Part shown: piece after piece, positions 9,432-19,274 of the stretch
Layout: every line of letters begins with the position of its first letter
Position numbering within the stretch: the stretch's first letter is position 1
Source of the DNA: a virus
Reading direction: 5' to 3' (one strand)
DNA length: 64,000 nucleotides
Virus record (IMG/VR): IMGVR_UViG_3300036823_000383
Location: 9,434 to 73,433 of that record
Made by a program: the position numbers and the translations under genes
The notes under the pieces: model-generated
Seen by the model: the letters and a program-made list of their open reading frames with translations, nothing else
What the model was told of the DNA's origin: nothing
Database searches by the model: none

Positions 9432-9736
9432 TCCTGGTCGACGAGCTGGTGGTATGGCCGCACGCGAAACACCGCTGTTTCAAGGGCGGGTCAGCCCACC
9501 TGACGACTGACGGTGACATCGAGGAGCTTCACGCTTTCGCGAAGCGGATCGGTCTCCGCCGCTCGTGGTTCCAGGATCACCCGTCGCACCCGCACTACGA
9601 CCTGTCTCCAAAGCGGCACGCGGCTGCAATGAAGGCCGGCGCGCACTTCGTTCCGGCGTTCGACCAGGCACGGATGCGGATCGCGGCGCGCCGCGCGAAG
9701 GAGCAAGCGAGGCTCGAAAGGGAACTCGGAGCATGA
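9428..9736 (+). CDS. DUF4031-family protein
   Basis: HL..D..EELHAFAKRIGLRRSWFQ...PHYDL motif. Confidence 0.85.
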   Translation: MILVDELVVWPHAKHRCFKGGSAHLTTDGDIEELHAFAKRIGLRRSWFQDHPSHPHYDLSPKRHAAAMKAGAHFVPAFDQARMRIAARRAKEQARLERELGA

Positions 9737-10038
9737 ACTTCTACGATCTCGGGCTCGAGGCTGTCACCGATGTCGACGGCTGGGCGGTGTTCTCCGGCTG
9801 CGATGGAGAGGATCCGCGCTTCGTCTCGTTCCACGTCGACGAGTCAGACGCGTGCGAGTGCGTTCGCCGGATGAAGAGCGACCCCGAACGGAGCGACGAC
9901 GTCGCTGCGGAGCTCGCAGTGCTCACCAGCGACATGGGTGTGGTTTCGGCGAACGACTTCGAGCTGCAGACGCATGAGCAGCTTCGCGCTCGGATCGAGC
10001 AGGCCAGAGCCGCCGGGCTGGCGGACGAGCTGCGATGA
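9733..10038 (+). CDS. hypothetical protein
   Basis: ATGA overlaps at both ends. Confidence 0.65.
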   Translation: MNFYDLGLEAVTDVDGWAVFSGCDGEDPRFVSFHVDESDACECVRRMKSDPERSDDVAAELAVLTSDMGVVSANDFELQTHEQLRARIEQARAAGLADELR

Positions 10039-10526
10039 GTTCCTCGACGAAGTGCCCGGGCTGCTGTCGCGCCGTCGGTCACGACTGGAGCTGTCGCTTC
10101 TGTGGTCCGCAGGAGGACCAGCGAACCGCTGACGACTGTCTGCGGTGCTGCGTGGCGACCCTGATCGGGGTTCCGTACGAGGGTGTTCCGCACTTCGTCG
10201 AGCTCGCCGGCCCGGACGCTTGGCTCGCGCTGCTCTGGTGGTGCGAGTGGCAGGGGCTCGTTTTCGAGTGGGACTCGGACGACCCCGGCGTGCCTTGCAT
10301 CGCAAAGGGGCCGAGCCCGCGCGACCCCGCTGCGAGGACGCACGCCGTAATCTGGTCGAGCGGCGGCGTCGTCTTCGACCCGCATGCGTCGCGTGACGGG
10401 CTCGCAGGGGCGCCGTCGATGTTCGCTCTGATTCGGCCAAAAGAGGCGCAACCGCGGGGCGAGGGCGCCGATTGCCCGCCGTGCGACGCCAGCGCCGATC
10501 CGTTCGAGGAGGCGAAGGAACCATGA
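10035..10526 (+). CDS. papain/C39-like putative peptidase
   Basis: DCLRCCVATL ... THAVIW ... FDP gives a Cys-His-Asp order. Confidence 0.55.
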   Translation: MSSSTKCPGCCRAVGHDWSCRFCGPQEDQRTADDCLRCCVATLIGVPYEGVPHFVELAGPDAWLALLWWCEWQGLVFEWDSDDPGVPCIAKGPSPRDPAARTHAVIWSSGGVVFDPHASRDGLAGAPSMFALIRPKEAQPRGEGADCPPCDASADPFEEAKEP

Positions 10527-11065
10527 CGAAGAGACTGGCGAAGGCCATCACGATGCTGAGCAAGCTGGACGAGGAGCAGACTGAGGAGCTGGCGAGAGCT
10601 CTACCGCCAGAAGCTCTCCTGTCGGCGCTTTGCGCTCTCGAGGGTTCACAGCGATCCACGTTGCTCGCGGAGTTACGCTGGGACGATTCCGGCGGGAAGT
10701 ACTACAACAAAGCGCGCGTGTACGGCGCCGTCGCGGCTCAATACCGCGAGACTCTCGAACACCTGGCGAGGGCGGGCAGCGAGCGCGCCAAGGCGGCGTT
10801 GCTCTGGCGTGAATCCGAGCTGGGAGGCGTCCCTCGCGCGGAGCTCGAGGCGTTCGAAGCGCTCATGCGTTTGTCGCCGGCGGTTCCGGTACCGATGGTC
10901 CTCCACTGCCCGGAGTGCAGGGCCCGCCACGTCGACGAAGGCGAGTTCGCGACGAAGGTCCACCACACCCAATCTTGCCAGTCGTGCGGGCTGACGTGGC
11001 GCCCGGCCGTCGTCGCCACGATCGGCGTGCAGTTTCTCCCAGGGTTCAAGAACGAGACCCCATGA
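10523..11065 (+). CDS. hypothetical protein with C-terminal Zn-ribbon
   Basis: HCPEC...H...CQSC. Confidence 0.7.
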   Translation: MTKRLAKAITMLSKLDEEQTEELARALPPEALLSALCALEGSQRSTLLAELRWDDSGGKYYNKARVYGAVAAQYRETLEHLARAGSERAKAALLWRESELGGVPRAELEAFEALMRLSPAVPVPMVLHCPECRARHVDEGEFATKVHHTQSCQSCGLTWRPAVVATIGVQFLPGFKNETP

Positions 11066-12825
11066 AGACGCTCCGAATCTCAGACACGTTCGCGCCGCCC
11101 GTGGAGTGGCTACAGCTCTCGACGGTGACGTACGGCGCCTCCGGCTCGGGCAAGAGCGCCTTCGGGCGCACGCTCGCGGAGGAGGCCCACGCCGCGGGTA
11201 TGCGGTTCGTCGTGATCGACGTGAAGGGCGACTACTACGGCCTGAAGAGCAGCGCGGACGGGAAGCGCGAAGGGCTCCCTATCGTCGTGTTCGGCGGCGA
11301 CCACGCGGACGTCCCGCTAGACATCAACGCGGGCGCGGTCTTCGGTGAGACGATCGCGCAGCTCGCGCAGAGCGGCATCCTGGACCTGGAGCACTTCCCG
11401 AAGGACAAGCGCCTCGGCTTCCTCGCGGACTTCTTCGCGGCGCTCTATCACCACAACCGCGAGCCGCTCCTGGTGCTCCTCGACGAGGCCCAGGACTACG
11501 CGCCCCAAACGCCTCGCGGGCAGCTCGGGAGGGACGCCGCGCGCTGCCTCTCCGCCGTCGAGGACCTCACGAAGATGGGACGGAAGCACGGCATCGGCCG
11601 AGTCTTCTTCACGCAGCGAGGGAGCGGGCTGAACAAGGAGGTCTCCGAGATCTGTGACGTCCTCGTGGCGTTCCGCACGCCGGGCACGCTCGACCAGGAT
11701 CGGGTCAAGACGTGGCTCGGCTCGAGCGGCTCGAAGGCTCAGGTGCAGGAGGCCATGGCGCGGATTGATGGGCTGCCGACAGGGACGGCGCTCTTCGCGA
11801 GCTCGCACCCGGCGGTGCGCCACTTCGGCGTGCATGCGGTCCGGATTCCCGTGACGTTCGACTCAAGCGCGACGCCGACGCTCGGGCGACGGAAGCAGGA
11901 GCCGACGAGGCTCGCGACGCCGGCGCTCGACGAACTCCGCGCGCGCCTCGCATCGACCATCGAGCGCGTTCAGGCGGATGATCCGAAGGCCCTCCGAGCG
12001 CGGATAGCGGAGCTAGAGAAGCGGTCGCGCCCCCACTTCGAATCGTGTCCGATGAACCCCGCCTGGTCGGGAACGGTCTGCAAGGGGCTGAACGACAAGT
12101 GCACGTGCGGCAAGCCTCCGGCGACGAAGGTCGAGCGCATCGAGGTACCGGTGCTCGGCGACGCTCCAGTCGGAGCTTTGGTCAGCAGCGCCGAGACCAT
12201 GCGCATGCTCGGCGTCGACCTGGTCGAGACCGCCCGCGTCATTCGTGAGGCGCTCGATCGAGCACAAGGGGCCGCCATTGCTCCTCAGGGCGCGTTCCGT
12301 CCGGTCAGCGCGGGCTACGAGCCCCGGCCCCGGCTGGCCCATCCCGAGAGCGTTCATGCGGCGCCACGAGCGCCGGCGCCATCGAAGGGAAAGCCGGCGC
12401 TCGACCGACGCATCCTGACGCTGCTTGCGCAGTACCAGGGTAAGGGCATGGACCAGGCGCGCCTCGCGCTGCACCTCGGTCTCCACCAGCGCAACAAGGG
12501 GCTCGCCAACACGCTCGGTCGACTGCGCACCGTCGGCTTCGTGCGCGGCCACGAGATCACGGAAACGGGGCTCACGGCGCTCGGCCCCTTCGCGGCGCTG
12601 CCGACGGGCCAACGACTCTTCGATTGGTGGTTCAACCAAAAGCTACGCCCGACGGAGGCTCGTGTGCTGCAGGCGATCTCCGAGCGCGACGACTGGACGC
12701 GCGAGGACCTCGCCTCGCGTCTCGGCGTGCACGAGCGCAACAAGGGGCTGGCGAACGCGATCGGGAAGCTGCGGTCGCTCCGACTCGTCGACGGGATGAG
12801 ATTGTCAGAGGAACTCGTCGGATGA
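11062..12825 (+). CDS. HerA/FtsK-like (DUF87-type) ATPase with tandem C-terminal winged HTH
   Basis: GASGSGKS, VIDVKGDY, LLDEAQ, GRKHG, TQR; duplicated H.RNKGLAN..G.LR motif. Confidence 0.88.
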   Translation: MKTLRISDTFAPPVEWLQLSTVTYGASGSGKSAFGRTLAEEAHAAGMRFVVIDVKGDYYGLKSSADGKREGLPIVVFGGDHADVPLDINAGAVFGETIAQLAQSGILDLEHFPKDKRLGFLADFFAALYHHNREPLLVLLDEAQDYAPQTPRGQLGRDAARCLSAVEDLTKMGRKHGIGRVFFTQRGSGLNKEVSEICDVLVAFRTPGTLDQDRVKTWLGSSGSKAQVQEAMARIDGLPTGTALFASSHPAVRHFGVHAVRIPVTFDSSATPTLGRRKQEPTRLATPALDELRARLASTIERVQADDPKALRARIAELEKRSRPHFESCPMNPAWSGTVCKGLNDKCTCGKPPATKVERIEVPVLGDAPVGALVSSAETMRMLGVDLVETARVIREALDRAQGAAIAPQGAFRPVSAGYEPRPRLAHPESVHAAPRAPAPSKGKPALDRRILTLLAQYQGKGMDQARLALHLGLHQRNKGLANTLGRLRTVGFVRGHEITETGLTALGPFAALPTGQRLFDWWFNQKLRPTEARVLQAISERDDWTREDLASRLGVHERNKGLANAIGKLRSLRLVDGMRLSEELVG

Positions 12826-12953
12826 CGATCACCCTTACCATCCCTGCGCTGCTCATCACGCTCGTGCAGCTCGTCGGGCTCGTTCTCCTCATCGCGCTGG
12901 CGTTCGTCGGTGCGGTATTCCTGTGGGCCTTTCGGAAAGGGTTCTGGCGATGA
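12822..12953 (+). CDS. small membrane protein
   Basis: 43 aa, hydrophobic, coupled. Confidence 0.6.
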   Translation: MTITLTIPALLITLVQLVGLVLLIALAFVGAVFLWAFRKGFWR

Positions 12954-13840
12954 CTGACCGCGCCGCCGCCATCAAGGCCACGACCGAGGTCAGCCGCGTC
13001 GTCGAGGAGCTCCTGCGAGAGAACGCGAGCCTGAAACGCGCCAGCGAGCAGCGCCAGGAGCTCATCAGTGGCATCGCGTCCGTGCTCGGGTGCGATCCGA
13101 ACCTGGCATCGATCGCGCTCCGCGCCGCTGCCGTCCACCGCGAGCTCTCCGAGATGACGAAGCGGGCGGAGACGGCGGAGCAAGCCGAGGCGCGTTGCCG
13201 CGAGATGTACGGAGACGCCTTCCACGCCGCACTCGCGAAAGAGGACCAGCTTGCCACCGTCACGGCCGAGCGGGACAACAACGCGGAGCCGATGGCTCGC
13301 ATCGTCGACCTTCCCGCAAAGACTTCGACACGCCGTTGCATCAAGACGAGTAACCCATGCGGCACTGACACGTGGATGGCCGGCTACGAGTGCAAGTGCG
13401 CCGAGTGCCAGACTTGGCTCGGGGAGTACGCCCCGTCCGTCCCCGCAGTGCCCGCTCACGTTGCGGGTGGGGAGAGCGACGAGTGGGACGACGCGAAGAT
13501 TGACGAGTTGCTCAATCGCGGCTCGCACATGTGGCTAGAAGTGAAGTCGGCGCTGGTATGCATGAAGCGCCGCAATGCCCGCATCGCGTCGCTCGAAGCC
13601 GCCTCAACCGTCACGATCAACGGCGAGACCATGTCGACGAGCGAGGCGCTCCGAATCTCGCGGAACAACACGTGGCACGCGCGGGAGGCGCTTGAGCGGT
13701 TGCGCGAGGAACTCGCCACGTTGCGCGCTCGGGAGACGGACGTGGCGAAGAGGCAACGGGAGAGCGATATCGCGCACCGCGGGCACCACTCGCCGATGGA
13801 TTGGCCCCTCGTCACCGCGCCGAAAGGAGACAGGACGTGA
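12950..13840 (+). CDS. coiled-coil mosaic hypothetical protein
   Basis: Coupled ORF; internal NPCGTDTW..CKCAEC module. Confidence 0.7.
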   Translation: MTDRAAAIKATTEVSRVVEELLRENASLKRASEQRQELISGIASVLGCDPNLASIALRAAAVHRELSEMTKRAETAEQAEARCREMYGDAFHAALAKEDQLATVTAERDNNAEPMARIVDLPAKTSTRRCIKTSNPCGTDTWMAGYECKCAECQTWLGEYAPSVPAVPAHVAGGESDEWDDAKIDELLNRGSHMWLEVKSALVCMKRRNARIASLEAASTVTINGETMSTSEALRISRNNTWHAREALERLREELATLRARETDVAKRQRESDIAHRGHHSPMDWPLVTAPKGDRT

Positions 13841-14076
13841 AGACGCGCAAAGAACTCGACGGGGAATGGCTGGACGCCGCCTTTGCTCTACGACGCGGAG
13901 AGACGCCGGATTTGGGTGCTCTGGTCAGGGAGGAGCGCGCCGTCGTCGACAGGCAAGTCGCGGCGAAGGCAATCCGGTGGGCGGCGAAAGAACGCGAGCA
14001 CGTCTACCCGCAGGCCATGGGGTTTCTCCGGGAGCTCGCGGACCGCCTCGAAAGCGGCGAAGTGGAGATCGAATGA
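13837..14076 (+). CDS. hypothetical protein
   Basis: AGGAG RBS, GTGA overlap. Confidence 0.6.
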   Translation: MKTRKELDGEWLDAAFALRRGETPDLGALVREERAVVDRQVAAKAIRWAAKEREHVYPQAMGFLRELADRLESGEVEIE

Positions 14077-14198
14077 AACCCCTCCGCATCCTCCTTGCCG
14101 GCGTGCTCTGCATCGTCGGCTGGATCGGGCTCGCGGCCATGGCGCTGGCGTTCGCGGTGTTTGATGCGGCTACGGGAGAGGAACGAGCCCGGCTTTGA
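14073..14198 (+). CDS. small membrane protein
   Basis: Hydrophobic 41 aa, coupled. Confidence 0.55.
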   Translation: MKPLRILLAGVLCIVGWIGLAAMALAFAVFDAATGEERARL

Positions 14199-14395
14199 CC
14201 CCCGCCGACGTCACGGACCGCGTCGACGCTCTCCGCCGGAGCGCGCGCGGACACGAGGGCGCGGATGGCTGGGCCGGCGTGGAGGGCCAGATCTGGCGCG
14301 ACGCCCTCTCCGCGATCGCCGACGGGTGCACCGAGCCGGAGGAGATGGCGCGCGCTGCGCTCGAGACGGAGAAGATCGACTTCTCTCGGTGGTGA
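14195..14395 (+). CDS. hypothetical protein; last gene of + strand operon
   Basis: TTGA overlap. Confidence 0.65.
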   Translation: MTPADVTDRVDALRRSARGHEGADGWAGVEGQIWRDALSAIADGCTEPEEMARAALETEKIDFSRW

Positions 14396-14397
14396 GG

Positions 14398-15182
14398 TCA
14401 CTTCGCGCAGCCGCAAACCCCGCCGTGATGCGAACAGCAGCCCTGGTGGCTCCCGCTGCAAGTGCAAGTCGGTGACAGCATGCCGTCGCAGCACCGGAGC
14501 GATCCGTCGCCGTCATCGTCGTCGCTCACCGCGGTCGCCCGCGCGCGGGCGGGGGGCGGCGGAGGCGGCGTCTCCGCAATCTTGGCGAGCTTCTCGGACT
14601 CCTTCTCGTCGCCGATGGCTTCCGACATCTGCATGACGATCTCGGCGCAGTTGCGGGGCCGTAGTCGCGGACGCAGGTGCGGACGCGCTGCTCGCGTCCG
14701 GACGGTCCGAGCAGCTTGATGTACGCGACATCCTTGTCGTGCTCCGCCTGCTTCACCGCGGCGGCTTGCGCTTCGCGCACGCGCTGCTCGTTCTCGCGTT
14801 GCTCGTGGGCGGCGATCTCTGCCGATTCGCGGAGCTTCTCACGCTGCTGCTGCTCGGCGATTGCGCGTTCTTGTCGCTCGTTCCCCTCCCGTATTTGCCG
14901 CTCTTCATCGGCACGCCGCCGTTCCTCGCGCCAATGGTTGGCGAGCCGCGAGGCGACTCCAAGGTCAGCGTTGGCGTCGTCGCACCGGATGTACCCGATG
15001 GTGTTTTCCTTGCACCGCGCCACCCTAGCCGCGGCCTCAGACTCGAGCGCCTCGCACGACTCGAGCGAGGCGCATCCGAGCTTCAGCTTGTCCGGGAAGT
15101 CGTCCGTCTGAAGAAAGACCGAGGCGCACCCCAGCAACGAGATACAAACGACGACGGACGCGACGTGGATACTCCGCCCCAT
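14398..15182 (-). pseudogene. frameshifted lipoprotein (coiled coil plus Cys/His-rich C-terminus)
   Basis: Lipobox SLLGC; one extra C in the C4 run (+ strand 14655-14658) joins the two ORFs. Confidence 0.7.
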
Positions 15183-15316
15183 GATCCATCGGTAAAGCAC
15201 GAGACGCGCGCGGAACGGAATCCTGCCGTTTCGTTCAGGATAGCGGCCACCTCTGTGGTCGCCGTACAGTCGTGGCGATCCGTCCTTCGACGGACACCAC
15301 AAAGAAGGGGGGCGCG

Positions 15317-15493
15317 ATGCCCGACGATCCGAACAAGCGTGGACCAGCAGACCGCGAGCGCATCAACATCCACGAGCCATGGGAGCTTCGCTATTGGGCC
15401 GATCACTTCGGCGTGACGGAGCAGCAGATCATCGACTGCGTGAAGAAGGTCGGCGTGATGGTGAAGGACGTGAAGAAGTGTCTCGGTAAGTGA
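15317..15493 (+). CDS. DUF3606-family protein
   Basis: D..KRGPADRERINIHEPWELRYWADHFGVT....AV-like..VG pattern. Confidence 0.85.
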   Translation: MPDDPNKRGPADRERINIHEPWELRYWADHFGVTEQQIIDCVKKVGVMVKDVKKCLGK

Positions 15494-15499
15494 AAGCCA

Positions 15500-15527
15500 G
15501 GCCCCTCGCTGGACAGGGCGAGGGGCC
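15500..15527. terminator. hairpin between convergent genes
   Basis: GGCCCCTCGC / GCGAGGGGCC 10-bp perfect stem. Confidence 0.65.
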
Positions 15528-15529
15528 GT

Positions 15530-15739
15530 TCACGCCGTCCCGGAGCCTGGCGGCACGTCGTGGCCTGGCGCCTCCCACGTCCAGAACAGGATGATCCGCT
15601 CCGTCTCGTTCGTGTCGCGGCACGCGGCCGTCCCCACGAGCCGCCATTCCGGCTGCGGATTTTCGAAAGGCTCGACGGGGTCCGGCGGCTTCTCGCTCGA
15701 GGGGTCATAGCTCTCGAACATCGTTCGGTACCGCATCAC
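15530..15739 (-). CDS. hypothetical protein
   Basis: 69-aa ORF ending at the hairpin. Confidence 0.5.
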   Translation of the reverse strand: MMRYRTMFESYDPSSEKPPDPVEPFENPQPEWRLVGTAACRDTNETERIILFWTWEAPGHDVPPGSGTA

Positions 15740-16052
15740 TTTTCCCTAGCGCGCGAGCGCGCCGGCGGCAGCCCGCTATCCTCCCGGACCTGCCGCACCC
15801 GACCCACTCAGGCGACTGCCCTCACGCCCCGAGCTGCTCAGCGGCGCTCGGCTGCTGCCACGAGTACGCGCGCGTGCCGTCCTCGTGGGGCGTCCTCACG
15901 GGGCTCGTCCGCGGCGTCTGGGTGGCGCACACCTGGTCCCACCCGCGAGAGGCGACCATCCATCGCTCGACGGCGGGCGAGCCGCTGGACGCGCCACCGA
16001 GGTGGGCGAGGTAACGCGCAACCGGGTCCCCGAGGCTGCCGACGAGGGCGCC

Positions 16053-16244
16053 ATGCTCACCGTCATCCTTGCCGCGCCCGGCGTCTACCGGGCGGAGCTC
16101 CGCGCCGCCGACGGCTCGCTCATCTGCCGTCTCGTTGGACCAGCGTGGTGGCTCCTCGAGCAGCTCGAGCACACCATGCCGGCGCCGCCCGCCGTTGACC
16201 CCTGCTCGATTGTTCCTTCTCAGGAGGCTCCTCGCGGATGGTAA
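16053..16244 (+). CDS. hypothetical protein
   Basis: GAGG before ATG; 63 aa. Confidence 0.45.
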   Translation: MLTVILAAPGVYRAELRAADGSLICRLVGPAWWLLEQLEHTMPAPPAVDPCSIVPSQEAPRGW

Positions 16245-16276
16245 CTTTGAAGCATGAACCAGGGGACCTCGTCGCC

Positions 16277-16954
16277 ATGAAGCTCATCGGATTCTCGTTT
16301 GCTGCGTTACTGCTGGTGAGCTGCGGTGCTCGCACGAACCTCGGCGAGGCCGTGAGCGATGGCCCGCAAGACGGCGCCGTCGTCGTCGGCGCTGGCGGTT
16401 TCGTCGGTACCGGCGGCGTCAGCGTCGTGTTGCCACCGGGCTCGGGCGGAGCTCGCCCGCTCGGCTCTGGCGGCTCGCGGCCGTCGGCTGGCGGCTTCCC
16501 GACGGGCGCCGGCGGGCACGGCGCAGGAGGCGTCGTCGTGGGCGCTGGCGGCTTCGTGGGCGCCGGCGGCACGACGATCGGGAGCGGAGGCCAGGTGATG
16601 GCGTCGGGCGGCACCGTCGGCGCGGGCGGCGCCATCGAGCCCGTCGACGCGGGCCCGAACTACTGCGACCCGGCGATCCAATGCGCGGGACGGAAGTGCC
16701 GCGGCGTCATCGACTGCGGACACCTTCAGCAGATCGACTGCTCGCAGTACGTGACGTGCGCGTCGGACGAGTACTGCCGCGGCCTCGACTTCCTAGGGTA
16801 CTGCACGTCGGTGTTCGCGGGACTCGGCTGCGGCCCGGGCGGCGCGGTGCGCATCTGCGTCGGCAGCACCTGCGAGGACTGCACGCTGCCTCCGGAGGAG
16901 CCAGGGTGTGCGACGCCGGATAACGGCGCCTCGTACCTCTGCCCGTCGAAATGA
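16277..16954 (+). CDS. Gly-rich/Cys-rich lipoprotein
   Basis: Lipobox LLVSC, Gly-rich linker, Cys-rich C-terminal domain. Confidence 0.8.
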   Translation: MKLIGFSFAALLLVSCGARTNLGEAVSDGPQDGAVVVGAGGFVGTGGVSVVLPPGSGGARPLGSGGSRPSAGGFPTGAGGHGAGGVVVGAGGFVGAGGTTIGSGGQVMASGGTVGAGGAIEPVDAGPNYCDPAIQCAGRKCRGVIDCGHLQQIDCSQYVTCASDEYCRGLDFLGYCTSVFAGLGCGPGGAVRICVGSTCEDCTLPPEEPGCATPDNGASYLCPSK

Positions 16955-16957
16955 CGA

Positions 16958-16987
16958 AGGCCCCCAGCTCCGAAGAGCCAGGGGCCT
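16958..16987 (-). terminator. hairpin ending the - strand operon
   Basis: Minus strand AGGCCCCTGGCTC-TTCG-GAGCTGGGGGCCT: cUUCGg tetraloop, fully paired with G-U pairs. Confidence 0.75.
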
Positions 16988-17010
16988 ACCGCATTACCAG
17001 TAAGCGTCGG

Positions 17011-18438
17011 TCAGAGACCGCTGACGCGCGCGGGCGCGAGGCTCTTCGCCGGAGTGCCGCCGTTGCCGAGCTGCTTCTGAGAGTTGTCACCCCAGCAGTA
17101 GAAGTGCGCGTTGTTCAGGTCGCACGTCGCGCCGGGGAGCGCGGCCGGCGCCGCGACGAAGAGCGTACCGGACCCGTGTCCTGAGACGGCAACGGGCGTC
17201 GTCGACAGGTGTGGGCTCGTCGGGCTGTTCGAATAGTCGAACCCGTCGCCGAGTTCGCCATCGTCACCTAAGCCCCAGCACGACGCCGCTCCACTCGACG
17301 TGACCGCGCACGTCGTGAATTCGCTGGCGCTCATGTTCTGGACGCCGCTTGACAGACCCGACACCGAGACGGGCACGTTGCTGTCGTGATCGTTCATGCC
17401 GGATGTGTCGATGGTCCCGTTACCAAGCTCGCCGCCCGGGTTGTAACCCCAGCACTTCGCAGCGCCGCTCTGCACCGCACAGCTCCACCCGATCCCGACG
17501 GTTGCCCAGGTCACGCCGCTCGACATGCCGCTGACCGCGACGGCCGTCAGCGACGACGTGTTCGCCCCATTCCCGAGCCCTCCGTAAGAGCCGTCGCCCC
17601 AGCACTTCAGCGCGCCGCTGACGATCGCGCATGAATCCGCGCGACCCGTGGCCACCATCGTGGCGCCGGAGATACCAGATACCGCAACGGGTGCCGTTCG
17701 AGACGTCGTCGTACCGTCCCCGATCTGACCGAAGTAGTTGTCCCCCCAGCACTTGACGGCTCCCGTCGAGAGCGTTGCGCAAGTGGTGAAGTCGCCCGAC
17801 GAGAGCTGCACGACGCCGCTGGTGAGCCCGGAAACGGATTGGCCGACGGTGCGACTGGTGAGAGTGCCGTCGCCGATCTGCCCGTCCGAGTTGTGTCCCC
17901 AGCATACGGCGGCCCCGTTCACGATGGCACACGCATGATAGGCGCCGCACACGACGCTCGTCGCGCCTCCGCTCGCGTTCGTCACCGGCACGGGAACGAG
18001 TGAGTCGAGAGTGCCTCCGTTCCCGAGCTGGCCGGCGGAGCCTTCGCCCCAGCACACGACGCCGCCGGAAGCGATCGCGCAACCGAAGTCACCGCCCTGG
18101 CAAATCTCCGTGTCGCCTACGAAGATCGATTGCGGAGCTGTTTCGACGGTACCGCCCGAGAAGGTGCCGATCGCCTTGAACGTGTGAGCACCGGGAGCGA
18201 CCGTCGGGAATCCTACGCTCGTGTTCCACGGCGAACCGAACGACGTCGACATAAGAACGCCGTCCACGTAGTAGTCGACCTTCGTGGCATCCGCCGACGC
18301 TGTGGCAGCGTACGAGGTGTTACCGCCGTGAAGGACAGCGCTTGCGCTGATCGAGCACGTCCCGGTGCACGCTGCCTGGCTCGGCGTGGCGTAAGCGAGA
18401 GCAATTGCTAACAGTGCGAATAATTTCAATGATTTCAT
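17011..18438 (-). CDS. secreted Ig-like plus RCC1-repeat beta-propeller protein
   Basis: Signal peptide; seven C-WG.N..GQLGNG-type repeats; AAAGGAG RBS. Confidence 0.9.
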   Translation of the reverse strand: MKSLKLFALLAIALAYATPSQAACTGTCSISASAVLHGGNTSYAATASADATKVDYYVDGVLMSTSFGSPWNTSVGFPTVAPGAHTFKAIGTFSGGTVETAPQSIFVGDTEICQGGDFGCAIASGGVVCWGEGSAGQLGNGGTLDSLVPVPVTNASGGATSVVCGAYHACAIVNGAAVCWGHNSDGQIGDGTLTSRTVGQSVSGLTSGVVQLSSGDFTTCATLSTGAVKCWGDNYFGQIGDGTTTSRTAPVAVSGISGATMVATGRADSCAIVSGALKCWGDGSYGGLGNGANTSSLTAVAVSGMSSGVTWATVGIGWSCAVQSGAAKCWGYNPGGELGNGTIDTSGMNDHDSNVPVSVSGLSSGVQNMSASEFTTCAVTSSGAASCWGLGDDGELGDGFDYSNSPTSPHLSTTPVAVSGHGSGTLFVAAPAALPGATCDLNNAHFYCWGDNSQKQLGNGGTPAKSLAPARVSGL

Positions 18439-18488
18439 TTCTTCTCCTTTGACCAATGAGCTGGTCGCTCAGGGCCGTCGGCCGACGG

Positions 18489-18734
18489 TCACTTCGGATT
18501 TCGCTGTTTCGCGCGCCACCGCTCCATTTCGCGGGCGCACTTTTCCGCCGCGCGGATGCGCGCCGCGGGCACGTCGAAGCGCTGCGCCATCCGAGCCCAC
18601 GCGATGACCGTCTCGGGCGCGCAGAGATCGGACGCCCGCAAGACGAACGCCGGCTCATCCGGGTCCAGCAAGAGGCCCGATGGCGCCGGCTGGCTCGGGC
18701 GGTTCCCCCGGGGCGGCGGCCTCGTCGACCCCAT
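18489..18734 (-). CDS. hypothetical protein
   Basis: DEPAFVLRASD.CAP..V..WA pattern; TAATG overlap. Confidence 0.65.
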   Translation of the reverse strand: MGSTRPPPRGNRPSQPAPSGLLLDPDEPAFVLRASDLCAPETVIAWARMAQRFDVPAARIRAAEKCAREMERWRAKQRNPK

Positions 18735-19267
18735 TAGGGCTCGTCGTCGTCGGGCTTGCCGGCGTAGTGAGGGAACGGCTCGGCGATCGCGATCGGCTGA
18801 AACGCCGTCGGCGTGTCCTCGCCGCGCTCACGCTGTCGCTGTCGGCGCTCCTCGTAGACGTCCTGCCCGCCGCCGGCGGCGCGGACCTGGTCCCGTGGGC
18901 TCGGCGCGAACGCCTCGAGCGCCGTCGTGTGCGGCAGCCCGCGGGCGCGCTCGGCTAGCATCTGCCGCTGGAGTTCGGCCTCGTGCTCCTTCTTCGTGCG
19001 GCTGTCCACGATCATGCTGAGCGTCGGCTGCTCCTCGCGGAAGCGCATCGACGGCCTGCCGTAGAGCGCCGTCTCGGCGTCGGCGATCCGCTTCTCGCGG
19101 GCGAGCTGCTCACCCTTCCAGAGGTTCTTGTACTGCAGGGCTTCAGCTTCCGCTTTGAGGAGCGGCCGCCGGATGAACCAGTGAAACGCGCCCATCAGTA
19201 CGCTGCCCGTAGCTCCGCTCCCGGCAATCACCTTCAGCCAGGACATCACCTCGGGATCGATCGCCAT
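18734..19267 (-). CDS. N-terminal TM protein (possible holin/lysis accessory)
   Basis: One hydrophobic segment; near the endolysin. Confidence 0.55.
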   Translation of the reverse strand: MAIDPEVMSWLKVIAGSGATGSVLMGAFHWFIRRPLLKAEAEALQYKNLWKGEQLAREKRIADAETALYGRPSMRFREEQPTLSMIVDSRTKKEHEAELQRQMLAERARGLPHTTALEAFAPSPRDQVRAAGGGQDVYEERRQRQRERGEDTPTAFQPIAIAEPFPHYAGKPDDDEP

Positions 19268-19274
19268 CGTTGCC

